64,000 bases of DNA from an uncultured Spirochaetota bacterium. Lineage in GTDB: Bacteria > Spirochaetota > Spirochaetia > SZUA-6 > Fen-1364. The position numbers and the translations under genes are program-made. The stretch lies in assembly GCA_963820525.1 (NCBI GenBank), contig CAWGAA010000001.1:2976001-3040000 (forward strand), given 5' to 3'. Of this stretch, positions 27,963 to 38,263 are shown one piece after another (position 1 is the stretch's first letter; the number at the start of each line of letters is the position of its first letter). The notes under the pieces are model-generated. The model was given only the letters and a program-made list of their open reading frames with translations, searched no databases and had not been told where the DNA came from.

Positions 27963-29140
27963 ACGCCCATCTCCTTGCGCAGCGCCTCCGTCTTGCATTG
28001 CGAGAGGCGGATGATGTCCTGGCCGTTGTACAGCAGCCTGCCGTCCGTCGAACGGACCGCCATGCGTTCCGTGCAGCAATAGCAGGGATCCACCGCGGCA
28101 AGAATGATCGTGGCGTCCGCGATCGATTGGCCGACCACGGTGGAATAGCAGGTGGGAATGTTCATAAAAGAGGGCGCCCTGACCTTGTGCCGTACGGGCC
28201 GGTTGGTGCCGTCGCTGCGCACGTAATGGAAGACCTCGCCTCGTGGGGCTTCGTGGGTTCCAATCCCTTCGCCGGGCGGCACACCGGTAAGGTTGAGGTC
28301 GATCTCCCCTTTGGGCAGTCCGGCAAGGCACTCCTTCACGATTTTCACGGATTCGAAGATCTCGAGGACCCGCACCAGAAGCTTGTCGAAAACGTCGCCG
28401 TGGGTCGCGCTCACCATCTTCCACTCCACCCGGTCGTAGGCAGCGTAGGGTGAGTCTTTTCGTATGTCCCGGCAAACGCCGGACGCCCTGGCGGTCGGAC
28501 CCACGGCGCACCAGGCAATGGCGTCGTCATGGCTGAGCACGCCGATTCCTTTCAACCGGGCGTGGAGCACGGGGTCGTCCAGCACCGCCTTTTTCAGAAG
28601 GTCAAGGGTGGGCAGGATGGAGTCGATCTTCTTCACTACGACGGGGATGTCGTCGTCCTTGATGTCACGCCGGACCCCGCCGGGCTTGAACATGGCGTAA
28701 TTGTTCCGGTTGCCGGAAAGGATCTCCATGACGTCGAGGATTTCCTCCCTCAGCTTCCAGACCCACATGTAGACCGTGTTGTATCCCAGAAAGTGGCCGG
28801 CCAGGCCGAGCCACAGAAGGTGGGAGTGGATGCGCTCCCCCTCCGCGATGATCGTGCGGATGTATTTGGCCCGTTCGGGCTCCTGTACGCCGAGGATGTC
28901 TTCAACGGCACGCGTGTAGGCGAAGGGATGGCTCGTGGAGCAGATGCCGCAGATCCGCTCGACCACGAAGGTGGCCTGGTCGAAGGTCTTGCTTTCCGAA
29001 AGCTTCTCGATTCCCCGGTGGTTGTACCCGAGGGCAAGGTCGACGCCCACGACCTTTTCGCCCTCCACCGTGAGGCTGAAGAACTCGGGCTCCTCCTGCA
29101 GGGGGTGGAAAGGCCCTAGGGGAATGATCGAGCGCTGCAT
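27959..29140 (-). CDS. Group 4 [NiFe]-hydrogenase large subunit
   Basis: GPFHP..EEP, GYNHRGIEK, L1 motif ERICGIC, EAPRGE, and L2 motif DPCYCCTER followed by a 34-aa cleavable extension. Confidence 0.95.
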   Translation of the reverse strand: MQRSIIPLGPFHPLQEEPEFFSLTVEGEKVVGVDLALGYNHRGIEKLSESKTFDQATFVVERICGICSTSHPFAYTRAVEDILGVQEPERAKYIRTIIAEGERIHSHLLWLGLAGHFLGYNTVYMWVWKLREEILDVMEILSGNRNNYAMFKPGGVRRDIKDDDIPVVVKKIDSILPTLDLLKKAVLDDPVLHARLKGIGVLSHDDAIAWCAVGPTARASGVCRDIRKDSPYAAYDRVEWKMVSATHGDVFDKLLVRVLEIFESVKIVKECLAGLPKGEIDLNLTGVPPGEGIGTHEAPRGEVFHYVRSDGTNRPVRHKVRAPSFMNIPTCYSTVVGQSIADATIILAAVDPCYCCTERMAVRSTDGRLLYNGQDIIRLSQCKTEALRKEMGV

Positions 29141-29613
29141 CACACCCCCCTGTCTCTCACGGCCTGCGGGTCCCACTCCACGTATTCGCTCCTGAGAGGA
29201 TGGACCCCTTCGGGCCACTCCTCGGGCAGCAGCAGCCTCTCCGGTCTGGGATGCCCGCGGAAGGTGACGCCGAGAAGCTCGCGCATCTCCCGCTCGATCC
29301 AGTTGGCTCCCTTGATGAGCGGGGTGAGGGAATCCACCTCGGGCCGCTCGCGGTCCAGCTTCACCCTGAGGCTCACCAGGAGGTTCTGGCCCTCCAGGGA
29401 GAAGTGGTAGAGGATCTCCATGCGGCCCCGGGCATCCACTCCCGACGCCGTGTTGAACCTGGCGCCGAGATCCCTGAACAGGTAGGTCGCCACCGCGAGC
29501 AGGGCCTGCGGCCTGATCTCGACGTACACCCTGGCTGCGGACTTTTCGGCGACTTCCACGATGTCGGCCGCGAATTGCCGCCTGATGGCGGCGAGCGCTT
29601 CATCCCGGCTCAT
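29140..29613 (-). CDS. NuoC-like subunit (MbhK)
   Basis: EILYHF and ANWIEREMRELLGVTFRGHP.PERLLLPEEWPEGVHPLR motifs. Confidence 0.93.
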   Translation of the reverse strand: MSRDEALAAIRRQFAADIVEVAEKSAARVYVEIRPQALLAVATYLFRDLGARFNTASGVDARGRMEILYHFSLEGQNLLVSLRVKLDRERPEVDSLTPLIKGANWIEREMRELLGVTFRGHPRPERLLLPEEWPEGVHPLRSEYVEWDPQAVRDRGV

Positions 29614-30041
29614 GATTTTCCTCCCAGCTTTGCGATGAGCTTCACCACGCCCGCGATGATCGCCTCCGGCTTCGGGGGGCATCCGGGGATATAGACGTGC
29701 ACGGGGATGACCCGGTCCAACGGCAGCGGGCAGTTGTAGCTCTTCATGAACATGCCGCGGGAGAGCGCGCACTCCCCGATGGCCACCACGACGCAGGGCT
29801 TTGGGACGTGCTCCTCCCAGATCTTTTTCACCCGGTGCATCGTTTTCCTGTTGCAGGAGCCGGTCACCAGGAGGACGTCCGCGTGGCGGGCGCTTCCGGC
29901 CAGCCGCATGCCGAACCGCTCGACGTCGAAGCGCGGGGTGAGGCAGTCGAGGACTTCGATATCGCAGTTGTTGCAGCTCCCCGTGGAAAGATGGAACACC
30001 CAGGGGGATTTCAAGAGGGCCTTCAAGGTGATGCCGCCCAT
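29610..30041 (-). CDS. Hydrogenase small subunit, NuoB-like (MbhJ/HycG)
   Basis: SCNNCDIE, DVERFG, RHADVLLVTG, AIGEC and YIPGCPPKPE motifs. Confidence 0.95.
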   Translation of the reverse strand: MGGITLKALLKSPWVFHLSTGSCNNCDIEVLDCLTPRFDVERFGMRLAGSARHADVLLVTGSCNRKTMHRVKKIWEEHVPKPCVVVAIGECALSRGMFMKSYNCPLPLDRVIPVHVYIPGCPPKPEAIIAGVVKLIAKLGGKS

Positions 30042-30598
30042 TACGCCTTCTCCCTCATCCAGTGGGTGGAATGGATCACAAGATTGTCTCCCACCAGAAA
30101 CGTTCGATCCGGCAGCGCGGCGTCCGCCTGCCGGAGGGCGAGCGCCCCATGGGGGCAGCTGGCGATGCACAGGGGTTCGCCCGCCGTGCCCCTTCGGTCA
30201 AGGCAGAAATCGCAGTTGTGGACTATAAGGGGAACGATCTCCGGGTAGATGGTGCCGTACGGGCAGGCGTGGGAGCAGGAGCGGCAGCTCACGCAGCGCA
30301 TCGTGTGCCGTAAAAGCAGCCTCTCCCTGGCCTGTTGCTGTTCCAGCGCCTGAACGGGACAGCTTTTCACGCAGTGCGGGTCCTCGCAGCGGCGGCAGAC
30401 CAGGGCATACGTGGCCAGCTCGACCACGGAGAGGATGCCGTTGTTCGACGGGTGGTAGAAGTAGCTGCAGAGCGCCGTGCATCCCGCGCAGTCCCCCGAT
30501 GCGCACACGTCAAGGTCGACGAACAACCGCGCGTGAGCGGCGGGACGCGGCGTGGTGCCCGGAATGCCGAGGTAGACCTCCTCCGCGCTCGTGCTCAT
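30041..30598 (-). CDS. Multi-[4Fe-4S] electron transfer protein (HycB/DmsB-like)
   Basis: Four Cys groups: CASGDCAGCTALC, CRRCEDPHCVKSCP, CVSCRSCSHACP and CDFC...CIASCP. Confidence 0.88.
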   Translation of the reverse strand: MSTSAEEVYLGIPGTTPRPAAHARLFVDLDVCASGDCAGCTALCSYFYHPSNNGILSVVELATYALVCRRCEDPHCVKSCPVQALEQQQARERLLLRHTMRCVSCRSCSHACPYGTIYPEIVPLIVHNCDFCLDRRGTAGEPLCIASCPHGALALRQADAALPDRTFLVGDNLVIHSTHWMREKA

Positions 30599-30609
30599 GT
30601 GCTCCCTCC

Positions 30610-31434
30610 TCAGTCCCAGATATCGTGAAAGCGGCTGATCGAATCGTAGCGGAACACCGGACCGTCCTTGCACGCATAGAAGGTGCCGATCCTGCAATGT
30701 CCGCACTTGCCCAGGCCGCAGGACATGTTTTTTTCCATGGAGAGAAAGATGCGGTTTTCCGAGAACCCGAGATCCCTGAGCTTGCCCGTCGCGTATTTCA
30801 TCATCACGGGGGGACCGCAGACCACGGCGATCCCCTCCGCGCGGTCGATGTCGGCGCCGTCCAGGATCGTCGTCACCACCCCTACCTTGCCCCGCCAATC
30901 CCCGTTCGCCTGGTCCACGGTCAGCACGACGTCCAGGTCCCCTCGTTCGGCCCACCCCTCGATCTCCTTGCGATAGAGAAAATCACCCGGGGTCTTGCAT
31001 CCACCCCGAAAGGCGAGCTTTTTCAGCCGTCCCGATTGATTGAAGAACTCGTACATCAGGCTGCGAAGCGGCGCGAACCCGCAGCCTCCGCCGACCACGA
31101 GCACTTCCTTGCCCGCAAACACCTCCAGCGGATATCCGGTGCCGAAAGGCCCCCGCAACCCCACCGTTGCCCTGGGTTGAAGCTCGTGGATGGCGGAGGT
31201 CACCCTGCCCGCCTTCATTACCGTGAAAGAAAGCACCTGGGGTTCGGATGGATTGGACGAGGGGGTGAACGGCGCTTCCCCGAGGCCTGGCACCGTCAAC
31301 TCCATGAATTGACCCGTCTTGAAGTCCAAGGGCTCCTTCGGTTCCACACGAAGCGTCTTGATTGTGGGGGTCTCGGCAATGACCTCGACCACCTTCGCCT
31401 CCACGGGCTGGTAGGGATTTTCGCTCTTATCCAT
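30610..31434 (-). CDS. FAD/NAD(P)-binding subunit with [2Fe-2S] (sulfhydrogenase gamma/AsrB-like)
   Basis: NPY.P, GQF, GEAPF, RGPFG.GYP, GGGCGFAPLRS, CGPPVMM and SMEKNMSCGLGKCGHC...CKDGPVF motifs. Confidence 0.93.
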   Translation of the reverse strand: MDKSENPYQPVEAKVVEVIAETPTIKTLRVEPKEPLDFKTGQFMELTVPGLGEAPFTPSSNPSEPQVLSFTVMKAGRVTSAIHELQPRATVGLRGPFGTGYPLEVFAGKEVLVVGGGCGFAPLRSLMYEFFNQSGRLKKLAFRGGCKTPGDFLYRKEIEGWAERGDLDVVLTVDQANGDWRGKVGVVTTILDGADIDRAEGIAVVCGPPVMMKYATGKLRDLGFSENRIFLSMEKNMSCGLGKCGHCRIGTFYACKDGPVFRYDSISRFHDIWD

Positions 31435-32467
31435 TTCTCGCCATGCCCCCCAGAATCCTTCGGATGTCGATGCGGCCGGGACATGCGGAGATGCAGCGGC
31501 CGCATCCTGTGCAGGCATACAGGCTGCGGGTCTTGGGGAAGAAATCGAATTTCTTCTCGAAACGGTTGCGCAGCCGCATCCACAGCTGGGGCCGGGGATT
31601 GGCCCCGCCGGCAACCTTCGCGAAATCCTTGATGAGGCAGGAATCCCACATCCTAAACCGCGCAGCCTCGTCGTCTTTTTTCTGGTCGTAGAGCAGGAAA
31701 CAGTGGCAGGTGGGGCAGATGGTATTGCAGGCACCGCATTCCACGCACGTGGACGCCTCCTGCCCCCAGAGTCCGGACTCCCAGCTCTGCTCGAAGGCGC
31801 CTTCCAACAGCTCCTGTGCGGGAATACGGTGCTCCTGGATGTTGCCGCGGACTTTCTCTTCCGCCTGCCGGCGCAGCCGTTCACGTTCATCCATTTCTTG
31901 CTGCGTCGCCTCGCGCGGACGGGGAGCGGCGCTCTCCATCAGGGTCTCGCCGCGGGTGGAGCCCGCTTCCACGACGAACCCGCCCGCGATCTCGGAGAGG
32001 TTGATGTCGAATCCCTGCCTGGGGAACGGCCCGGTGTGGAGAGCCATACAGAAGCAGGTGTCGATGGGCCGTGGGCAATCTGAAGATATGACGAGATTCT
32101 CTTCTCGATGCCTGCGGTACAGCGGGTCAGGCCGTTCATCATCCAGAAACACTCTGTCCAGCACGTCGAAGCCCTTCAGGTCGCAGGCCTTGACCCCGAC
32201 GATGCAGATCGGCTTCTCGGAGACCTCCGGGACGGCATTGCTGAACCCCGAAGCGACCCGCTCGCGCGCCCTGAAGTAGAACGCCTTCAGCGGCTCGCAA
32301 GGGCGCACCTCGCCAATCGAAGCGCACGCCCTCTCCCGCGGGATGGACTCCAGCCGTTGAAGGTACTGGCGCTTGTCCTTTGTAACGGGAGCGAGGACCG
32401 TGTACCCTCCCGAAAGGGAAGAGAGCAGGACGGTAAGGTCTCCCGGCGAGAGAAACGCCGCTTTCAT
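31427..32467 (-). CDS. Fe-S subunit (sulfhydrogenase beta/AsrA-like)
   Basis: GVKACD, DP.Y...R, TCFC, CVECGACNTICPTCHCF, R.WDSC and CTGCGRCISACP..ID motifs. Confidence 0.93.
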   Translation of the reverse strand: MKAAFLSPGDLTVLLSSLSGGYTVLAPVTKDKRQYLQRLESIPRERACASIGEVRPCEPLKAFYFRARERVASGFSNAVPEVSEKPICIVGVKACDLKGFDVLDRVFLDDERPDPLYRRHREENLVISSDCPRPIDTCFCMALHTGPFPRQGFDINLSEIAGGFVVEAGSTRGETLMESAAPRPREATQQEMDERERLRRQAEEKVRGNIQEHRIPAQELLEGAFEQSWESGLWGQEASTCVECGACNTICPTCHCFLLYDQKKDDEAARFRMWDSCLIKDFAKVAGGANPRPQLWMRLRNRFEKKFDFFPKTRSLYACTGCGRCISACPGRIDIRRILGGMARNG

Positions 32468-32764
32468 GGGATGTCCCTGCCGGTCTGGTTGTAATGAAGA
32501 GGAGGATCGATTCGCGACGCGCTTTTTTCCGTGCGCCGCTTCCGGGTGCCCCAGAAGGGAAAACGCCTTGCCTTTTTTAATGCACCAACTTCAGTCCGCA
32601 CAAGCTCGGAAGCGCATTTTTCCCCTCTGGCCGCGCCTGCATTCGGTGAGTTCACCTTTTCCTCCGCTATTTGAATTAAGGAGGACCGCAGCTGCCGTAG
32701 CCAGAACGCCTGCACAGGATCCTGAACGGTTTTTCAGATTATTGGAAATCGGCTCTCCTGTCAA
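32468..32764 (-). promoter_or_regulatory. Promoter and ~260-nt structured 5' leader of the hydrogenase operon
   Basis: TTGACA (32764-32759), 17-nt spacer, TAATCT (32741-32736); several complementary segments in the leader (see findings). Confidence 0.55.
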
Positions 32765-32773
32765 GCGTGGAAA

Positions 32774-34165
32774 CTAGCGAGATTGGGATTCCGCCTTGTG
32801 GAGGGAGATCCGAAAGAGCGTGCCCTTCCCCTCTTCGCTGTCAAATTCGATTGTTCCGCCGTAGCGCTCGACATTGGCTTTCACGATTGCGAGGCCGAGA
32901 CCGGTTCCGATCTCCGACGTTGCTTTCGCGTTGGAAGCCCGGAAAAACTCGCTGAAGATCCTGTCGCGCTCCTCCCGCGGGACGCCGATGCCCGTATCCT
33001 TCACCTCGAGCAGGATTCGATCCCCCTGTTCGCCGATACGGACGGTTACGAATCCTCCCCTGGGGGTATACGCGATCGCGTTGGAGAGGAGGTTGGTGAT
33101 CACCGAGCGAAGCCCATCCTCGGCGCCGCTCACCGAGGCGTCGGGGACCGCGCAGTCGAATGCGAGCACGACCCCGCGCTCCCGGGCGCGCGATTCGTAA
33201 AGCTCCACGATTTCCCGCGCCAGCCGATCCAGGGAGACGGCCACGGGTTTGAAGCTCGACTGCTCCATCCTGCCCCGCGTGAGCACGTGCAGGTCGCTCA
33301 CGACCTCTGAAAGCGTTTGAGCCCGCAAGTGTATTCTGCCGATCAGCTCTCGCTGCCGCTGCGTGATTTCACCAAGATACCCGTCGAGCAGCGTGGAGGC
33401 GATCGAGCTGATGGCATTCGCCGGGGAGCGCAGCTCATGGGAGGCGTGGAGCAGGAACATCGTCTTCGCATCCGACAGGCGCTTGACTTCTTTATAAACC
33501 ATCGCGTGCGCGATGGCGAGTGAAATCACGTCCCCGAGACTGGAGAGAAGGGAGATCATTTCATCCGACAGTCTCCTGCCCGGCTCGCCGTAGATGCAGA
33601 TCGAGCCGAAGATCCGCTCCTCCAGTCGGAGCGGAACGCAGATGAGGGATTCGATCTCGTCATCCACCTCGGGAAACTCCCGGGCCAGGGTGTCGCGAAT
33701 CACCAGCGGCTTGCCCGATAGCAGGCGCGACTGGTAGGTGGCGCGCTCGATCGCCACGTCGCGCTGCACGCCGACCCGCGCCCGGGCCGTCATCTTGCCC
33801 GTATCCTCCTCGAGGAGGTTGATCGAGCAGCCTTCGACTCCCGTGACCTCCGCGACTACCCGCACGGAAGCGTCGAGAATCTCCTGCAGCTCCAGCGTGC
33901 TTGCCGCTTTCTTTATCGTCGCGCAGAACAATTGGAGCTGGCGCGCCCGGTTGGAAATGGATTTGTAGCGCGGCGCGCTTCGCAGAATCAGGTCCGTCAC
34001 CAGGGCGGAGAGGCAGCCGACGGCGACGGCGATCGCGAGCCGGAGCTCCAGCGACTCGCTCAGCCGCAACGGCAAAAAACCCAGGAAGCAGAGAAGAGAC
34101 GTGACTGCCCCTGCGGCGGCAACCAGGTGGGCACCGAAACCATGCGGAGCGTTCTCTCTTTTCAC
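32774..34165 (-). CDS. Membrane sensor histidine kinase with GAF domain
   Basis: Two N-terminal TMs, GAF (SLICVPLR), H-box ASHELRSP, NLLSNAIAY, DTGIG and GTGLGL motifs. Confidence 0.93.
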   Translation of the reverse strand: MKRENAPHGFGAHLVAAAGAVTSLLCFLGFLPLRLSESLELRLAIAVAVGCLSALVTDLILRSAPRYKSISNRARQLQLFCATIKKAASTLELQEILDASVRVVAEVTGVEGCSINLLEEDTGKMTARARVGVQRDVAIERATYQSRLLSGKPLVIRDTLAREFPEVDDEIESLICVPLRLEERIFGSICIYGEPGRRLSDEMISLLSSLGDVISLAIAHAMVYKEVKRLSDAKTMFLLHASHELRSPANAISSIASTLLDGYLGEITQRQRELIGRIHLRAQTLSEVVSDLHVLTRGRMEQSSFKPVAVSLDRLAREIVELYESRARERGVVLAFDCAVPDASVSGAEDGLRSVITNLLSNAIAYTPRGGFVTVRIGEQGDRILLEVKDTGIGVPREERDRIFSEFFRASNAKATSEIGTGLGLAIVKANVERYGGTIEFDSEEGKGTLFRISLHKAESQSR

Positions 34166-34285
34166 GTCTCCGATAGTATAAGAGCAACACCCTGGTCGGG
34201 CAAGGATTCTCTCACAGCGCTATGCGCAGCTGCCGCATCCCGTGGGGTTCGCTTTCGGAGTTGTCGGACTGATCCGTGCCTGTCT

Positions 34286-35473
34286 TCACCGCGCTACAGG
34301 AAAGAGCCTTTTCCCAAAGCGAAGGAGAGCGAATATCCCGACAAGCGGGACCACGGCGTACGAAATAAAGAGGACGGGGAATCCCCGCGCTTCCAGGACG
34401 TACCCGCCGATGACGCTGGCCAGAAAAGTCGGCAATCCGATGCCCACTGCATTGTAGAGCGCCATCCCCATTGCCCTCCTGCCCGGCTCTATCCTGGCGT
34501 TCACGTAGGCGACCGCGGCCGTATGAAAGGTGCCGAAGGTGAACGCGTGCAAGAGCTGGGAAAGGGCGACCAGCGCGATGGAATGCGAGAAGACAAAAAA
34601 GGACAGCCGCACGCTGATCGCGAGAAGCGACAGCACCAGGAGCATCCGAAGCCCCAGGGCGGCGATCAGGCGGCCTGAAAAGTAAATCGTGAGTATCTCG
34701 GCAAGCGGGCCGATGGCCCAGATCAGGCTGACCCCGGCCGCGGGGAAGGTTGCCTGGAGGTAGAGCGAAAAGAAAGAGTAGTAGGCGCCGATGCCGAAGC
34801 GCCCGAGAAAGATTATCGCTATCACAAGCCAGAAGCTGGCGTCGAACCCGCCAAGGGAAACCGGCCCGCCATGGCGCTGCCGCATTTCCTTCCACTTCAG
34901 CGTCCGAGGATCATCCGGCGAGATTCTGGGTAAAAAGACCGTGGCGAGCGCGGCTGCGGCGGCCGACAGCGCGAAGGCGACTGCAATCCCCCGGGAAGAC
35001 CCGAGAAGAAGCGGGCCGGCGGCCTGAAGAACAAGCGAGGCTGCGATGAAGCCGAAGCTTCCTGCCACCCGCAGAGGTCCGTACTGACGGTCGGGATCGT
35101 GGAGAGCGCGGCTCACGATCGTGTCGAGCATCGGAACCGTGGAGCGATACATGAAGCCCATGAGGAGCATGCAGGACAGAAAAAGGGCGAGGTGAGGGCC
35201 TATCTCCAGGGGGAGGAACAATGCCGCGGGCACAAGGAACCCCGCGGCGAGCAATGCCCTGTACGTTTTCCTCCTGTCCGCAATCCGGCCCAGAATGATA
35301 GGTCCGGCAATTCCCGCAAGCTCGAAGCATCCCAGGAGAACGCCGATGCTGGACGGCGGAAAACCGCGCTCCTTGAGGTAGATCTGCAGGTACGGCGAAA
35401 GGACGGCGTAGCCGGCAAAGAGAAGGAAGTAGTTGGTCCACGCAGCCTTCGTCGTCGCGGATGGGGGGCGCAC
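34286..35473 (-). CDS. MFS transporter (MFS_1_like/nucleoside symporter-like)
   Basis: PYLQIYLKERG, GRIADR, YGPLRVAGSFGF and SQLLHAFTFG motifs; about 12 TMs; GTG start at 35473. Confidence 0.88.
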   Translation of the reverse strand: MRPPSATTKAAWTNYFLLFAGYAVLSPYLQIYLKERGFPPSSIGVLLGCFELAGIAGPIILGRIADRRKTYRALLAAGFLVPAALFLPLEIGPHLALFLSCMLLMGFMYRSTVPMLDTIVSRALHDPDRQYGPLRVAGSFGFIAASLVLQAAGPLLLGSSRGIAVAFALSAAAAALATVFLPRISPDDPRTLKWKEMRQRHGGPVSLGGFDASFWLVIAIIFLGRFGIGAYYSFFSLYLQATFPAAGVSLIWAIGPLAEILTIYFSGRLIAALGLRMLLVLSLLAISVRLSFFVFSHSIALVALSQLLHAFTFGTFHTAAVAYVNARIEPGRRAMGMALYNAVGIGLPTFLASVIGGYVLEARGFPVLFISYAVVPLVGIFALLRFGKRLFPVAR

Positions 35474-35570
35474 GGAAATCCAATGTAACAGATTGCGGCT
35501 TTTACGGTCCACTCCTTGACCCGAGCTCTTTTCACAATTACCTATAATCAAGGGGTAGGAGGAGCGCCCC

Positions 35571-38230
35571 ATGCCCGAAGCAACATGGCACAGCCTGAGC
35601 GTGGAAGAAATCCTTCGCGAACTGTCGGTGGGCCCGGACGGCCTCACCTCCGATGAGGCCGAGCGGAGGCTCTCCCGCTTTGGACCCAATGAAATAACAA
35701 AGAGAAAGCGCGTTTCCCCCCTGCGCGTGCTGCTGAAGCAGCTCGCCAACTTCTTCATAGCGGTATTGTTCTTCGCGGCGGTCCTGGCCTTCTCCGTGAG
35801 CTTCCTTCCCGGGGAGGAGGGGAGACGGCTCACCGCTTTCTTCATCCTTGGAATCATCGTCATAAGCGTTGGTTTGAGCTTTTTCGAAGAGTACCGGGCG
35901 CAGAAGGAGCTGGAAGCCCTGGACAAGCTGCTCGTTTTCAAGGCGGGCGTTCTCAGGAACGGAGCCACGGTCGAGCTGGACGCATCGCGCGTGGTCCCCG
36001 GAGACGTCCTCGTCCTGCGCCAGGGGCAGAAGGCCCCGCGGACGCGCGCCTGATCGAGGCGAACGGCCTGCGGACCGACGAGTCCTCCCTCACTGGAGAA
36101 AGCCTCGGAGTAGACAAGTCTCCGGAGCCTGTCGCCCCCGATGCCCCCCTGGCCGAGCGGACAAGCATGGTCTACGCGTCCACTTTCATCACGCATGGCA
36201 CAGGCTTGGCGGCGGCCGTGCGCTCCGGCATGGGGACGGAAGTCGGAAAGATCGCCGCGACGCTTGAGCGGATGACGGAAAGGCCGACGCCCTTCCAGAC
36301 GGAAGTCCGGAGAATGGCCGGGCAGATGGCCGCCATCGTGGGGGCTCTCGCGGTCGGCATCGCCCTTCTCCTTCTTTTCGCTCTTCGCGAGCCGCCGGTC
36401 GACGTAGCCCTCAACACTCTGAGCCTAGCCGTTGCAACCATACCGGAAAGTCTTCCCATCGTCCTGATCTTTGCCTTGGCCCTTGGCGCGCGCGTCATGG
36501 CTTCCCGAAAAGCGGTCGTCCGTCGGCTGGCGGTTGTAGAGTCCCTGGGCTCCGTGGATACCATCTGCACGGACAAGACGGGAACACTGACGCGCAATGT
36601 CCTGACCGTCCAGGAGCTGTATGTCGACGGCCGGCGGATCGCGGCCGCGGGCAAGGATGCGGCGCCTGGCGTAGAACGCTCCCTGCTGGATGCCGGCCTG
36701 CTCTGTAACGATGCCGTGGCGGAGGATCCGCAGGGGACCTCGATCATGGGGGATCCCGTCGACACCGCCCTGCTCGAGGCGGCCCTCTCCGCGGGCATCG
36801 ATATCGAAAGTGTCCGCCGCGGTCGGCCGAGGACAGGCGAGATCCCCTTCAGCTCGGAGCGCAAGATGATGACCACCCTCCATTCGACGGATGGAGGGCT
36901 CGTCACCTTCAGCAAGGGAGCGCCGGGGGCCATTCTTCCGCGCTGTTCGGCGTATATGCGCGGCTCGGGCCGCCTGCCCATGGACGATTCCGCGCTGCGC
37001 GAGATCAGGTCTGCGATAGAAGAGCTGGAAGGAGAGGCTTGGTACGTCCTGGCTTTCGCTGCCAACTCGCTTTCATCGGCGGACGCTCCCGCTACGGCTG
37101 AAACGGGGATGACCTTCCTCGGTCTCCAGGCCATGAGGGACCCCCCTCGCCCCGAGGTCTTTGAAGCTCTGTCCCAGGCGCGGGAGGCCGGCATACGCGT
37201 CGTGATGATCACGGGGGACAGCGCGCTCACCGCGCGGGCCGTCGGCAGGCAGCTCGGAATAGGGGATCGGTGCGTCGAGGCGCGGGAGATCGAGAGCCTG
37301 GACGGCGGTCGGCTTCGCGAGCGGGCTCAGAGCATAGATATCGTCGCGCGCGCCACGCCGCAGACCAAGCAGAGCGTTCTCCAGGCGCTCCAGGAGGACG
37401 GCCATTTTGTCGCCATGACGGGGGACGGGGTGAACGACTCTACCGCGCTGAAGCAGTCCGACGTGGGGATCGCAATGGGACTGCGGGGTACGGATATCGC
37501 CAAGGAGTCCTCCGCCATGGTTCTCCTGGACGACAACTTCGCCACCATTATAGAGGCGATACGGGAGGGCCGGCGGATATTCGACAACATCCGCAAGTTC
37601 ATCAACTACCTTCTCAGCACCAGTCTCGGCGAGGTGTTTGTCGTTCTTGCCCTTTCCATCGCGGGCTTCTTCCCGCTCTCCGCCAGGATGCTTCTCTGGA
37701 TCAACGTGGTGACGGACCTCGTCCCCGCGGGCGCGCTGGCCGCGGACCCCGTGGTGCCCGGGGTGATGAGGCGGCGTCCAAGGCGTCACGACGAGCCGAT
37801 CCTCAACGCGTCGATATACGCCACGATCGCGGGCAGTGTTCTGCGCACCCTGATCTCCTACGGCCTCATCTTCTGGGCCGGCCTGCGGCTGGGTGACCTC
37901 GCCTACGCTCGGACCATGCTCTTCACAAGCATCGTCCTGCATTCCTTCACGAGGATCATGGTGGTCCGCCAGATGGACAACCTGCCGCTCTGGTCCAATC
38001 CCGCGCTTCTGTGGAGCTACGCGGCGGCGGTAGGGCTCCAGCTCCTTGCCCTGTACACGCCTCTTCGGGCGCTCTTCGACGTCGTGCCCTTGGATTGGCG
38101 CGCGTGGGCGGTGATGATCCCGGTGGTCGCGGGCTCCTCGGCCGCGGGTATCTTCATGACCCGCTGGATCCTCAAGCTCGTTCCTCTCTGGGACGAAGGA
38201 AACGGCCGCCCGAAGCGAAGGGGTCGCTGA
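35571..38230 (+). pseudogene. Cation-transporting P-type ATPase (type IIA-like) with a 1-nt frameshift near 36035
   Basis: VPGD in the first frame; DESSLTGES, IPESLP, DKTGTLT, FSSERKMM, KGAP, MITGD and TGDGVND in the -1 frame; could be a sequencing error. Confidence 0.85.
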
Positions 38231-38263
38231 AACGAGCCGATTGACGAATACAGGAGGAAAGAA

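Noticed and set aside
27959..29140. Possibility that the complex is a Ni-less Mbx/Mbs/Ehr enzyme or a NiFeSe hydrogenase
   Set aside because: All four Ni-ligating Cys are present, a maturation protease and C-terminal extension exist, and there is no in-frame TGA
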